The notes: generated by a model from the sequence alone, not told the origin. A DNA stretch of 55,473 nucleotides from Candidatus Berkelbacteria bacterium Licking1014_7 (GCA_007376535.1 VMGK01000001.1:1-55473); one strand, 5' to 3'; shown: positions 30,490 through 40,052, counted from the first letter of the stretch. Numbers and translations are program-made.

Positions 30490-31191
30490 ATGTTTACAGA
30501 CCAAACTGAATTAGATCACTGGAAAAAAGAATTTTTCCGAGAACAAATAACTGCTAACACACATCACCCATTAATCACAGAATTTAACCAGTGCTACAAA
30601 GAGGATAACAACGACACGCGACTGATAGAACTATGCGCTGAGATAGTAGATTATGATACTAGCTGGAAATCAAAATCAGGCAGAATAGCTGAAACCCAGA
30701 TAGTTGGCGTAATGAAAAAATTGAGCTTACCAGGCGTATTGATAGAAAGCGCGCCTATATCGCTTGATATGCCAAACGGTTCCAGCAAAGTGGATATGGT
30801 AATGGTTTTTGGTAGTGGTAATTTTTGGTTGCCAATCCAGTTTATGGAAAGCCGTAAACATCTTAGTAAAGAAGGCAGGGGTGATATAATTAAAAAATAT
30901 CGCTATTGCGTAGAGCATAAAATTAACCCCATTAAAAGATACAAAAACAAGCCAATGTTTGGCGGAAAAAATTTGCCGATAGCATTGGGCAATGTGGAGC
31001 AAAACACTCTTGTCAATGATAATGCCAATGCAATTGGCGCTGAATTTGTTCGATCTTTAATTTTTAGCATAGACCCAAGCGCAAGAAATAAAATCCTTTA
31101 TGTTGGTCCAGACGAAACAAAAAAGCTCGAAGCATATCGCCTCGAGCTACTGAAAATGCTAGCCGATATTCAAACAGCTAAACATTCTTGA
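30490..31191 (+). CDS. Hypothetical protein (start likely ATG 30490)
   Basis: AT-rich ORF after TATAAT; D....SKVD.......PIQ segment weakly resembles PD-(D/E)XK-like folds. Confidence 0.6.
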   Translation: MFTDQTELDHWKKEFFREQITANTHHPLITEFNQCYKEDNNDTRLIELCAEIVDYDTSWKSKSGRIAETQIVGVMKKLSLPGVLIESAPISLDMPNGSSKVDMVMVFGSGNFWLPIQFMESRKHLSKEGRGDIIKKYRYCVEHKINPIKRYKNKPMFGGKNLPIALGNVEQNTLVNDNANAIGAEFVRSLIFSIDPSARNKILYVGPDETKKLEAYRLELLKMLADIQTAKHS

Positions 31192-31439
31192 ATGGATTTG
31201 ATTGATTGGAGACTCTTTTTTTGGTCGTCGGTTATCAAACCAATGTCTATCTCTAGCAAACAAATAGCCATGCGCAAATAATGCTGGAGGTTTTTTTTGT
31301 GTACTTCTGATATTTTTTCATAATCCCCTAGGTTGATACCAAGCGCTTCACAAATAACCTCGGGAGTATAGTAACCAGTATGGCACAGAGCTTCTTTGTT
31401 TTCCAAGATACCAACCTCCCTTGACGCGTTCGGTCTCAA
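31170..31439 (-). CDS. Hypothetical protein
   Basis: 89-aa ORF co-oriented with the upstream gene. Confidence 0.4.
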   Translation of the reverse strand: MRPNASREVGILENKEALCHTGYYTPEVICEALGINLGDYEKISEVHKKNLQHYLRMAICLLEIDIGLITDDQKKSLQSIKSIQECLAV

Positions 31440-31463
31440 TTGTATACTAAAAACAAAATAAAA

Positions 31464-33224
31464 TCAACTGTATAATATCAAAAAGCATAATAATTTTATA
31501 TTGCCTTCGTTTGTATCGTCGGAAATCGTAATTTTACGTTCTTTGTTAGTATCCGTCGTATCATAGTATTCTACACTGGTTATTCCGCCTTTATCGTTAA
31601 AATTAGAACTTTCGATAATTATGCTCTCTTTGAAATCATCAGGGTAATGTTTGTTAAATATTACCCAATATTCTTTCATATCGCCATCTTTTTTAGCGTT
31701 GAGGCGCGCCCTAGGCTGTATTTTGTTTTGTATTTCTAGCCAATTAGTTTTTGGCGACTCGCCAGCGTCGCTATCAGCCCCACTTTGACCACCAACAATA
31801 CTACGGGCTAGATCTAACAAACCAGGTATCTTGCTCTTATCACCACTTTCGGCGATTTCTTGAGCTTTTGTTAACACATTCTGCACCTTTTCGGCGATTG
31901 ATAGCTCGCTTGATACTGGCGGTTCGCTTGGCGTTTGATTTGTGGTTCCCTCTGGCGTGGACGCAACGGGTTGTTCCGATCTTTCAGAATTGGCTTCGCT
32001 TTCTGCTGGCGCACTGGCTTGCCCTAAACTTGCCCTACTGGTTGCGCTTTCTGCTACCGCTGGCGTTTCTGTCTGAGCTGATTTTTCGCTCTTTATGTAA
32101 TCAGGCGCGAGATTAACTATACTTCCAAACCCTGCTCCCGCCACCATACCCCATAACTGCCCCATCAAGTATTGGGTGGCTTGAGATGTTGTTTTTGACT
32201 TAATAAGCGCGCCTACGAGCTTACCCGGAATCTCCAGCTTATGCCCATATTTTTCACCTATTTTTTCAACGGTTAAACTATTTTGTAACCATGCCTGAAT
32301 ATGCTCTGCTTTTGGGTTTAAATGTTTTATTTTTTCAGCAAAATATTTCGCCAGATATTCTCTGTCATTCATATTTTTATATAACGAATAAAAAGCGTCA
32401 CCCACCTTTTTGACCACATGCCTCACCCCATCTCCGTCCAAATCCAAGCTCACTCCCTTACTGGCAATCGCTTTAGCCACTTCTGGTATCTTTCTGGCTA
32501 TTTCCCAATTACCGGCCAAAAATCCGCCTGCCCCTGCCATAACTTCCTCTAGTCCGTTAAATAGCTTTTGAGATCTCTGGTAATCAATGGCCAAGTTCCA
32601 ACGATTTCGACGCTCCTCTCGCGATTGAAGTTCGCCAATAATGCCATCAATAATCACGTTAGGGTTGCTCTTATCTTCCTCGCTTTCGCCAATATATTCT
32701 TGAATTATCTGATAATAATCCCCAATATCGCGAGCGATTGCCTCCCTTCTTTTCTTTTCAAACGGATGCCTAGCTAATTCTGCCAATATCCTTCCGCCAC
32801 CACTTCCTGCCCAAGTAAACAAAAATGCCATTCCTTTCACTCCAATCGGCACCATTCCCCAGCCACCTGTCAGGGTTATGCCGATTGCCGCGCCAACCGT
32901 CATCCCAGCGCCAGTCCACAGCATTTTATTACGAAATTTTACTAATTTTTTATTTACTTGCGACTGCAACTCCACATTTGGAACGCCTGCTTCTGTATTT
33001 AGTTTGGCGCAGAGTTGGCTCTCGAGATAATTATCTAGACTCTCTGCCCCGGTTTCACCGATCTTCAAAGTCTCAAAAACGATTTGCTTGGTTTTTTCGG
33101 TTTGATCAAGCTCCGTATTAACTATAATTTCCGTAATCTTCTGTCTAGCTTGCTCATTTTTCTCTTCTACTGTTGGCTCTGGGACTGATTCTTGCTCCGA
33201 ACTAGACCTTCTAAACCACAACAT
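31464..33224 (-). CDS. Hypothetical membrane protein with Gly-rich TM hairpins and Ser/Glu-rich linker
   Basis: 586 aa; TGAGMTVGAAIG..GGWG TM region; DLDGDG motif. Confidence 0.7.
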   Translation of the reverse strand: MLWFRRSSSEQESVPEPTVEEKNEQARQKITEIIVNTELDQTEKTKQIVFETLKIGETGAESLDNYLESQLCAKLNTEAGVPNVELQSQVNKKLVKFRNKMLWTGAGMTVGAAIGITLTGGWGMVPIGVKGMAFLFTWAGSGGGRILAELARHPFEKKRREAIARDIGDYYQIIQEYIGESEEDKSNPNVIIDGIIGELQSREERRNRWNLAIDYQRSQKLFNGLEEVMAGAGGFLAGNWEIARKIPEVAKAIASKGVSLDLDGDGVRHVVKKVGDAFYSLYKNMNDREYLAKYFAEKIKHLNPKAEHIQAWLQNSLTVEKIGEKYGHKLEIPGKLVGALIKSKTTSQATQYLMGQLWGMVAGAGFGSIVNLAPDYIKSEKSAQTETPAVAESATSRASLGQASAPAESEANSERSEQPVASTPEGTTNQTPSEPPVSSELSIAEKVQNVLTKAQEIAESGDKSKIPGLLDLARSIVGGQSGADSDAGESPKTNWLEIQNKIQPRARLNAKKDGDMKEYWVIFNKHYPDDFKESIIIESSNFNDKGGITSVEYYDTTDTNKERKITISDDTNEGNIKLLCFLILYS

Positions 33225-33226
33225 AT

Positions 33227-33730
33227 TTATTGCTTATTTTGAGATTGTTTTAGGGCTTCTTGAGTAATGCCCGCCATTTCTATTTTGTAAATCATCGCCT
33301 CTTGAAGGAAAAACTTTTTAACATCTATTTTTCTAGCGATTAAAAATTGGTCTATTTGAGCTTGGTCGCCTGCTTCTAAAACCCTTTTCCATTCATCTAG
33401 ATCCTGCTCGGGCATTGTTTCGAAAACTCTCTGCATCGCGCGATTTTTTATCGTCGCCATCATTTTCTGATATAATACTTGTTTTTTCTCCTCTGGCATA
33501 TTTTTGGCACCCATTAGCTCCAAGATGTCTTTATTCAAAATATCCTCGGTGGAAATTTCGTCGGCAGGAGGAATAGAGGCGTTAACTTGGCTTGAGGTTG
33601 GCTGGGTTTGGGCTTGGCTTTGTCCGTCGGTCAAGGCGCCACCAGCGCTAGCGCCAGCTAGATTATTTTGATCCTGCCCAACAGCTGGGGCAGCTGTGTC
33701 CTGATTGTTGGCTAAATTTTGCGTGTTCAT
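33227..33730 (-). CDS. DUF5663-like CPR protein with Gln-rich N-terminus
   Basis: DILELMGAKNMPEEKK..LY.KM..TI..R pattern. Confidence 0.65.
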   Translation of the reverse strand: MNTQNLANNQDTAAPAVGQDQNNLAGASAGGALTDGQSQAQTQPTSSQVNASIPPADEISTEDILNKDILELMGAKNMPEEKKQVLYQKMMATIKNRAMQRVFETMPEQDLDEWKRVLEAGDQAQIDQFLIARKIDVKKFFLQEAMIYKIEMAGITQEALKQSQNKQ

Positions 33731-33952
33731 AATTTTCTCCCGCTCCTGAATTGCGTTTCAAAGCAGAAAGCAAGTTCAGGAAGTCCGCCAAAATGAAATC
33801 TACCGTGCCCGCCAAAGTGAAATCTAATTTGAGAAGAGAAATAATCATCTACTTCTCAAAGAGATTGGACGACGGCGGGTTTGCAGTAACATATAATTAG
33901 GTTTCTGTAAGAGATTGAATGACGGCGGATTAAATTTTTACTTTACTTTTAA

Positions 33953-34342
33953 TTATTTTAACTTATTTTTAACTTTTTTAATAATTTTCTCCGCAATGGC
34001 TAATGCTTTTTCCGCGTCTTTTTTGGTATGAAATTCAAAATAAGCATCTGGATATCGGGTTTCAAAATAACAACCAGACAACCATTTAATGCTTCTAATA
34101 TCAATATTGATTTTTTCTCCGTTTTTGCGCAGAAGACTCAGCAATTGAGCTAGATCGTGTGTTTTGGTGAATTTTATTTCTTTGTGTGTTAGCCAACCCT
34201 TAAAATATTTTTCAACCGCTTGCTGGCTATGAAAGCAAGCATTATTAAATAATTTCGTTTGCGTCAAATAACCAGCGGATTTTAAATCTTCCTCGGCAAA
34301 TAATATCCATTCTTTAACGAATTGTTGTTTTGTTTTTTTCAT
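33953..34342 (-). CDS. HEPN domain protein
   Basis: W...AEEDL.SA, ACFHSQQAVEKYFKG, KTHDL..L, ETRYP. Confidence 0.9.
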   Translation of the reverse strand: MKKTKQQFVKEWILFAEEDLKSAGYLTQTKLFNNACFHSQQAVEKYFKGWLTHKEIKFTKTHDLAQLLSLLRKNGEKINIDIRSIKWLSGCYFETRYPDAYFEFHTKKDAEKALAIAEKIIKKVKNKLK

Positions 34343-34667
34343 AAATAGTTTGACCTTCATCTAATGCTTCGCGTAAAAAAAACATCCATTTAGGCACATC
34401 TGAGACCTCTTCTGGTGAATAAACGCGAGGTTCTATTCCGTAAATATCTCGTAGTTTAACAAGCACTTGGTAGACCCTTTGATGCGGACGCACTTTATCC
34501 ACTCCTTTTTTAATAATCAAAAGATCTATGTCGCTATCCTCGTTAAAATCGCCGTGGGCGACCGAGCCGTAGAGAATGATTTTTTCCGGATCGTAGTATT
34601 TGGCGAGGCGTGCCACCGCTTTTTTTATCTTGGCGTCAAATTGTTTTTTAAGGGCTGACCTAGTCAT
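34314..34667 (-). CDS. Minimal nucleotidyltransferase (MNT)
   Basis: PEKIILYGSVAHG...EDSDIDLLII, VYSPEE, EG..IYE. Confidence 0.9.
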   Translation of the reverse strand: MTRSALKKQFDAKIKKAVARLAKYYDPEKIILYGSVAHGDFNEDSDIDLLIIKKGVDKVRPHQRVYQVLVKLRDIYGIEPRVYSPEEVSDVPKWMFFLREALDEGQTIYEKNKTTIR

Positions 34668-34742
34668 ATTTTATAATTTAATTATGCAATTATTTATCTG
34701 TGTTATTTGCGTATCCGTATATGATTTTATTATATAAATTGC

Positions 34743-34771
34743 TTGACTTTTTGTCAATTGTGTGGTATGAT
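34743..34771 (+). promoter_or_regulatory. Sigma70-type promoter overlapping a divergent -35 (ttgac-N6-gtcaa)
   Basis: TTGACT-N17-TATGAT with TG extension. Confidence 0.6.
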
Positions 34772-34837
34772 TGCAATCTAAAAGTTTAAATCTCAAATTG
34801 CCTCATCGGCAATCGCCGTAGAGGCGATCTCAAAATT

Positions 34838-34936
34838 AAGGAACAGATAATTGGTTTTATTCCAGCGCTGTCATTCCTGAGTCGAATGAAATTTACTATC
34901 AGGAATCCATGCAATCAAGCCAGATATTTGTTTCTT
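34838..34936. repeat. About 98-bp hairpin repeat; second copy 37192-37289
   Basis: Ends gaacagata...tatttgtttc; inner gtcattcc(t/c)ga...tc(a/g)ggaatcc. Confidence 0.85.
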
Positions 34937-34967
34937 GTAATTCTAGCCCCCGAAGGAGGAAGGAAAG

Positions 34968-35306
34968 ATGCAGAAGACCCAGACCATCGAAAACCCCCAG
35001 ACCAACTGGGAAGGGTGGGTCGCTTACCTCGCCAGCGCGATCAACGCGCTGGTAGAGGAAAATGAGGGGCGATTCTCCGCCATCGAGGCGGAGAACAGCG
35101 AGCTCCGCGAAGAGATCGCGGAGCTGAAAGGACGCCCCGAGCTCACGAAGGAGGCGCACGATCGCCTCCACCGCGAGCACTCCCGCGAGATGCGGGAGAA
35201 AAGGGAGACAGAGGAAAGCGCCCCCACCCACCCCGCCTCCGACCCAGCCCTGCCTCAGCCCAGCACGGCGATCGAGGCGCCCCCCCTCCCTGAATACCTG
35301 CAGTAA
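34968..35306 (+). CDS. GC-rich coiled-coil orphan ending in LPEYLQ
   Basis: SD aaggagg; heptads IEAENSELREEIAELK; terminator 35330-35376. Confidence 0.75.
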   Translation: MQKTQTIENPQTNWEGWVAYLASAINALVEENEGRFSAIEAENSELREEIAELKGRPELTKEAHDRLHREHSREMREKRETEESAPTHPASDPALPQPSTAIEAPPLPEYLQ

Positions 35307-35329
35307 GGAGGGACTGTTCGCGCCAACTT

Positions 35330-35376
35330 GCGCCAGTTATGTGTCTCGCACACACATAGCTGGCGCGTTTTTTTTT
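35330..35376 (+). terminator. Intrinsic terminator
   Basis: gcgccagttatgtgt...acacatagctggcgc followed by T9. Confidence 0.75.
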
Positions 35377-35455
35377 AAAATTATATACCGCTGTTTTTTA
35401 TCAAAAAACCCGCGTCCCATTTCTGGTAGCGGGTAATAAAACAAAACATCACACA

Positions 35456-36847
35456 TTAAGAATCCAAGCCCAACATTGTTGTTGGCTGAAAATAGTTAAC
35501 CCCCAAAGAATCAAGGAATCGCCCAAGCGCGCCTTGTTTCCCTATGGGCACATGGTATGGAATTACAAATTCTGGTTTAGCAAGCTGGAGCAACAACTTA
35601 ATATCTAGCTGGCTTCCGTGCCCAGAATTATGGATATTTGCCTGCGCAAACACATTCTCCGGCGGATTTGTCCCTAAGGCGCGATAGGTGCTAGGTGAAA
35701 CCACCGCATAGCCCTCCGAGCAGATAGCAGACAAACGACGCACCATTTCAACGACTGGCGCTTCGTTGCCGGGTATGATCTCACTAGACAGAATAATAGA
35801 AGCTTCCTTATGAAGGCGTAATCGCTGGCTTTCACCCAGCGAAGCTAATGTCAACACTGCGTATGGCTCGGCTTGCGATCCTGTGCAGGCAATCAGTTCA
35901 GATCCAAACCCCAAATACTCTCCATCAAACAGCTCAAGAGATTCTCCAATCCCCCAAACCGTTTCCATGGCAGTGCCTTTGGGATGAAACGAACCAATAC
36001 CCAGATCGCGCGCCTTTTTACCAATCATTTGCCAACGCTCAAGATTGGAAGCAAAACCAGATACGATAATCTGCTTCGCTCCTTTTACAAGCAAACGACC
36101 CAACACTTTGCCAACAGTGCTAACCGTCTCGTCCTCTGATTGGGTATAACCAGGGCGATCGCAGTAAAGCATATCAGCAATCACAATATCAAACGGTCTC
36201 TCAGCGCACAGCACATCAACCATCACCTGCGCCATTTGAGAGCCACCGTAATTCTCCTGCAATCGAAAATCACTCATAAACAGCACCTTAAACCACTTGT
36301 CACCCGAAAGCTTAACCTTAATGATAAAGCTCTTAGTCCCGGGGATAGAGTGAGGCACTGTAAAGCTAGTTACCTTAACAAGGTTGCTCAAACTCACGCT
36401 CGAGCACAACCCTTCAAGCTTGGCTATCTGGGGAAACTCTTGCTCGTTATACTCAAACATCGCCTCTGTCATTTTCTCACCAAATGGTGATAGATGAAGT
36501 ATCGGCAAATTATCGTCCCCAACTACTTCGCGCGCCATAGCGTAAAACTCTGGCAACGCTCCTGCATGGTCAAGGTGGCTATGGGTAATAAACAGATGCT
36601 TGATTTTGTGGAGAATATCCTTGAGCGAGTCAAGGTAATGACTACTCGATTTTGATACATGGGCTTCTTGGTCGACGATTGCGTCTTCTGCCCCTAAACT
36701 ACCGGGGGCTTTTCCGCAATCAATCTCGATCCAAAAATCCTCTTGCTTAAAATGAATCGGAAAACAATTGCGCCCAACTTCACGCAAACCTCCAAGGCAA
36801 GAAATACTCAAACAAGGATTGCTAAAAAGTCTATGATGCTTATGCAC
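35456..36847 (-). CDS. RNase J-like MBL/beta-CASP nuclease (no C-terminal domain)
   Basis: LGGLREVGRN, IDCG, THSHLDHAGALP, HSIP, FASNLER, TGSQAEP, IPGNE, HNSGH, IPYH; SD aagggagg before GTG 36847. Confidence 0.85.
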   Translation of the reverse strand: MHKHHRLFSNPCLSISCLGGLREVGRNCFPIHFKQEDFWIEIDCGKAPGSLGAEDAIVDQEAHVSKSSSHYLDSLKDILHKIKHLFITHSHLDHAGALPEFYAMAREVVGDDNLPILHLSPFGEKMTEAMFEYNEQEFPQIAKLEGLCSSVSLSNLVKVTSFTVPHSIPGTKSFIIKVKLSGDKWFKVLFMSDFRLQENYGGSQMAQVMVDVLCAERPFDIVIADMLYCDRPGYTQSEDETVSTVGKVLGRLLVKGAKQIIVSGFASNLERWQMIGKKARDLGIGSFHPKGTAMETVWGIGESLELFDGEYLGFGSELIACTGSQAEPYAVLTLASLGESQRLRLHKEASIILSSEIIPGNEAPVVEMVRRLSAICSEGYAVVSPSTYRALGTNPPENVFAQANIHNSGHGSQLDIKLLLQLAKPEFVIPYHVPIGKQGALGRFLDSLGVNYFQPTTMLGLDS

Positions 36848-36915
36848 TTTGGTTCCTCCCTTTTTTCGCAAGTTGTCAAAGATCAGTATTAAACTGAAAT
36901 AAGAAAGCTTGTTAA

Positions 36916-37076
36916 GAGCTTGTCTGATAACTGCTCTTGAAGCGAAAATGAAATTATTTTAGGCGAAAAAGGAAAATTATGAGGAAAGGTAGCTAATGCT
37001 ACCTTGACGACTAATTTTCATTTTAGAGCCAAAATTAATCATTTGTAGCTATCAGATGTAGTTATTAGACAAGCTC
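36916..37076. mobile_element. MITE, copy 1
   Basis: TIRs gagcttgtctgataact...agttattagacaagctc flanked by TAA on both sides. Confidence 0.85.
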
Positions 37077-37143
37077 TAAAGCCCTTTATATTTTAGTTTA
37101 AATTTTGAATAATTTTGAGATTGTAATAAATATACCATATCCC

Positions 37144-37172
37144 TTGACAAATGTCAATATCTATGATATAAT
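37144..37172 (+). promoter_or_regulatory. Consensus sigma70 promoter, back-to-back with the RNase J-like promoter
   Basis: TTGACA-N17-TATAAT with TG; ttgacaaatgtcaa dyad. Confidence 0.75.
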
Positions 37173-37290
37173 CCTAACTTAAAGTAAAAACAGAAACAGA
37201 TACTTGGTTTTATTCCATCGCCGTCATTCCCGAATCGAATAAAATTCGCTATCGGGAATCCATATAATCAAGCTAACTATTTGTTTCTTA

Positions 37291-37451
37291 GAGCCTGTCT
37301 AATAACTGCTCTTGAAGCGAGAATAAGATTATTTTAGGCGAAAAAGATAAATTATGAGGAAAGGTAGCTAAAGCTACATTGACGAGTAATTCATCTTTTG
37401 TAGCCAAAATAAGCTATTTACAGCTATCAGATGTAGTTATTAGACAGGCTC
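37291..37451. mobile_element. MITE, copy 2
   Basis: TIRs gagcctgtctaataact...agttattagacaggctc; colinear with copy 1. Confidence 0.85.
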
Positions 37452-37518
37452 TTGCACATTGACAACTTGACAGCAAAACGCTTCGCAAAATCTGCCAAAA
37501 CCAAAGGAGGAAAATCCA

Positions 37519-38211
37519 ATGGCAGACGAATCCACAGGTACCGCAGAAGCCATCCCAGAGGGTGGTGAGGACACAAAGGTCGAGGTCGAGGACGTTGGCG
37601 AAAGCCAGACGCCCGAGACCGAGACAGACAACGAGCAGGGCGGGAAGACCGAAGAGGTCGTTGACCCTATGCCCACAGCCCTCGCCGACCTCGCGGACGA
37701 AGCGCTCCGCGCGCTCATCCACGAGATCGCATCAGATGTCGCCCTTGAAGCCCTTACGGGCTTTGGGGAAGACATAGACAAGACAACCAAGCGGATGGAT
37801 GAGGCGCGTCAAGCGCTACTCATTGAAATCCGCACCGGACGCGAGGCGTCCGAAGCCGAGGTTGTGGCTGGCGCTGCCAGCATCGTTGACAACCTCGGCA
37901 AAAGCGTTGCCCGGACCCAGTCTAGCGTGCCCGAACTCCGGGCAGAGCTGGTAAGGTCCGAGCAGGGGCTGCGCCGGGAGATCGAGGAGCTCCGAGAGGG
38001 AATGAAGTACCTCAACGACGAGCTCCAGCTCTGGAAGGGAACGGCGCAAAATCTGGCGCGGATCCTCGAAGCCCGCAAGGTGCTTCAGGAACTCCAGCCC
38101 CAGCCTGCCCCGACCCCAACCAAGACGTCCGCAAGCCCGGTATCCGCCCCGACCCAGCCCGAACCCCGGTCCGCACCCGACCTGCCCGACTTCTTACGGG
38201 ATGTGAGGTGA
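37519..38211 (+). CDS. GC-rich acidic/coiled-coil orphan ending DLPDFLRDVR
   Basis: SD aaaggagg; coiled coil LRREIEELREGM..LNDEL; Pro-rich linker. Confidence 0.78.
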   Translation: MADESTGTAEAIPEGGEDTKVEVEDVGESQTPETETDNEQGGKTEEVVDPMPTALADLADEALRALIHEIASDVALEALTGFGEDIDKTTKRMDEARQALLIEIRTGREASEAEVVAGAASIVDNLGKSVARTQSSVPELRAELVRSEQGLRREIEELREGMKYLNDELQLWKGTAQNLARILEARKVLQELQPQPAPTPTKTSASPVSAPTQPEPRSAPDLPDFLRDVR

Positions 38212-38217
38212 GCCCCA

Positions 38218-38889
38218 GTGGCAAACCCCACATTCTTTGAAAGGATCGGCTTTGGGGAGGTGATAAGGGAGCAAAAGCAGAGAGAGGTTGAAAACGAGCT
38301 TTACGCTCGCAAGATTCAACCCCACCCTACTGCCCGTGCGCCCCAGCCCCCTCCCCAACAAACCAAACCAGTTCGCCTGCGAGGATCAGCGGAGAAAGTT
38401 TTCCGCGAGGTCTTCAAAAGCGAACCCGGCTGGAGAGGCAAACCTAACCCCAAAACCCTTCCGCTGGACATTTTGTTCGGACCAGTTCCGAGCAACCGTT
38501 ATAGCGCGAGAAATGGGGAAGGGCGTTCCCCTCGTCCTCAGGCAACTGAGGGTGTGGTGGAGTTTCGCAACTGGATCCCCGGTCACCGGGGAAAAGTTGT
38601 GATTCATCGCGAACAGCTTTCTGGCGAAGAGTACGCAAGTGCTCTTGCCGAAGCTAAAGCGATCTGGGCTTGCCCAGAGCTCCATCACAAGTACGAGGGT
38701 AAGCTGGTGTCACATCGGCAACCAGCCCCAGCACCGCCAACTTTGCCCGAATGGCTTCGCATTTCTGCGTCGGCTATCCAGCCGGCAATAGAAGCAACAT
38801 CGCAGCCACAAAGGCTAACCTCCCAGATCTTGGAGCTATGCCCAAAGCTCCTTGATTTTCGACTCGCAATGGGCAGAAAAGGTTCCTGA
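38218..38889 (+). CDS. Orphan protein (internal TLPEWLR)
   Basis: GTG start after gaggtga SD; in operon. Confidence 0.6.
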   Translation: MANPTFFERIGFGEVIREQKQREVENELYARKIQPHPTARAPQPPPQQTKPVRLRGSAEKVFREVFKSEPGWRGKPNPKTLPLDILFGPVPSNRYSARNGEGRSPRPQATEGVVEFRNWIPGHRGKVVIHREQLSGEEYASALAEAKAIWACPELHHKYEGKLVSHRQPAPAPPTLPEWLRISASAIQPAIEATSQPQRLTSQILELCPKLLDFRLAMGRKGS

Positions 38890-38941
38890 TTACCCTTGTT
38901 CCCAAAATCAGAATCCATTCCCCGAGGAGGGAAAACAGACC

Positions 38942-39727
38942 ATGAACCCCGTAATCACCGCCTTTCAGGCGGTCGTAAAGTACCTCTTCGCCCAAGGTGA
39001 AGAGGCGATCAGCCAGACCATCGAACTGGCAAAGAGCCAGTTCGATGCCATCACCAGCGCGCTTGCCCAAAAGACCGGGCAGGAGCTGGCGAATGTCGCT
39101 AGCGCGCTCCAAGCAATGGTCGAAGTGGAATACACCTCGATCGGGGCGTTTTGCCAAGCGGTCGAGGCAAAGATTCTGGCGAGCGCGGGAGCAACCATCC
39201 CCGCCTTCCTCGCCACCGCCCCGACCCCGACCCAAACCCCCCAGCCCAGTGCCCCCCCCACTCCGGACCAGATCACCACTGTCAAGGCGTTGGTCCGCGC
39301 CGGCGCGGACGCTGACGAAGCGTTTCGCGTCGTCTTGGGGCGGAACCAGGACGGCACCGAATGGGTGCCAACTGGCAAGCCCGGCGAGTGGGCGAAAGCC
39401 CGCCAGCTCGCCTATGGGATGACGATCATCTTGTCGATGAAGGAGGAGGAGCCCGAGGCGCTAAAATGGCTCCACCACTTTCACGACAAGACCAAGGAGG
39501 CTATCCTGCACACTGCCAAAGAGGCAGAATCGGTGCAGGACTGGCGGGAACGTCTCGTTCGGCAGTACGCGGGCGCTGTTCGCGCCCGCAAAGCGAATGA
39601 GACCGTAGTCGCGATCGGAGCGCAGTGGGGGTTCGACATCGACCTCCACACCATCGCCGACAAAGGGGAAGAAGGAGCGGAGGAAAACGGCACCACCACA
39701 GTGCCAGACTTCCTCCGTCGCTCCTAG
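38942..39727 (+). CDS. GC-rich helical orphan ending VPDFLRRS
   Basis: SD gaggagg before ATG 38942. Confidence 0.75.
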   Translation: MNPVITAFQAVVKYLFAQGEEAISQTIELAKSQFDAITSALAQKTGQELANVASALQAMVEVEYTSIGAFCQAVEAKILASAGATIPAFLATAPTPTQTPQPSAPPTPDQITTVKALVRAGADADEAFRVVLGRNQDGTEWVPTGKPGEWAKARQLAYGMTIILSMKEEEPEALKWLHHFHDKTKEAILHTAKEAESVQDWRERLVRQYAGAVRARKANETVVAIGAQWGFDIDLHTIADKGEEGAEENGTTTVPDFLRRS

Positions 39728-40023
39728 CCCCCGCCCCGACCACCCCCGAAAGGAGTTTTACTCCCCAGCCAGTGAGCTGATTACTGGCTGGGGAGACATC
39801 CAAAATCAGCCCCTGCCTGCTTGGGTTAAAGCAGAGATCATGATGAAAGGAGGTGTCGCGCGATGCGGCGCCACCTGACCATCTAGCCCGCCGCCCACGC
39901 AAGGGCAGGCGGGCGACCCCACAACCCACCCCCCGGGGAGAGCCCACCCGGGGGAATCCCCGTCCGTCCCCGCCAGCAATTGCTGGCGGAGGTTTTCTTT
40001 TGCAAAAATATAGTCCTTTAACC

Positions 40024-40052
40024 TTGACAAACGGATAAAAATATGGTACAAT
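40024..40052 (+). promoter_or_regulatory. Sigma70-type promoter
   Basis: TTGACA-N17-TACAAT with TG extension. Confidence 0.65.

Noticed and set aside
39770-39850. Hammerhead ribozyme (tgatga/gaaa words)
   Set aside because: CUGAUGA core and GAAA not in the required order or stem context
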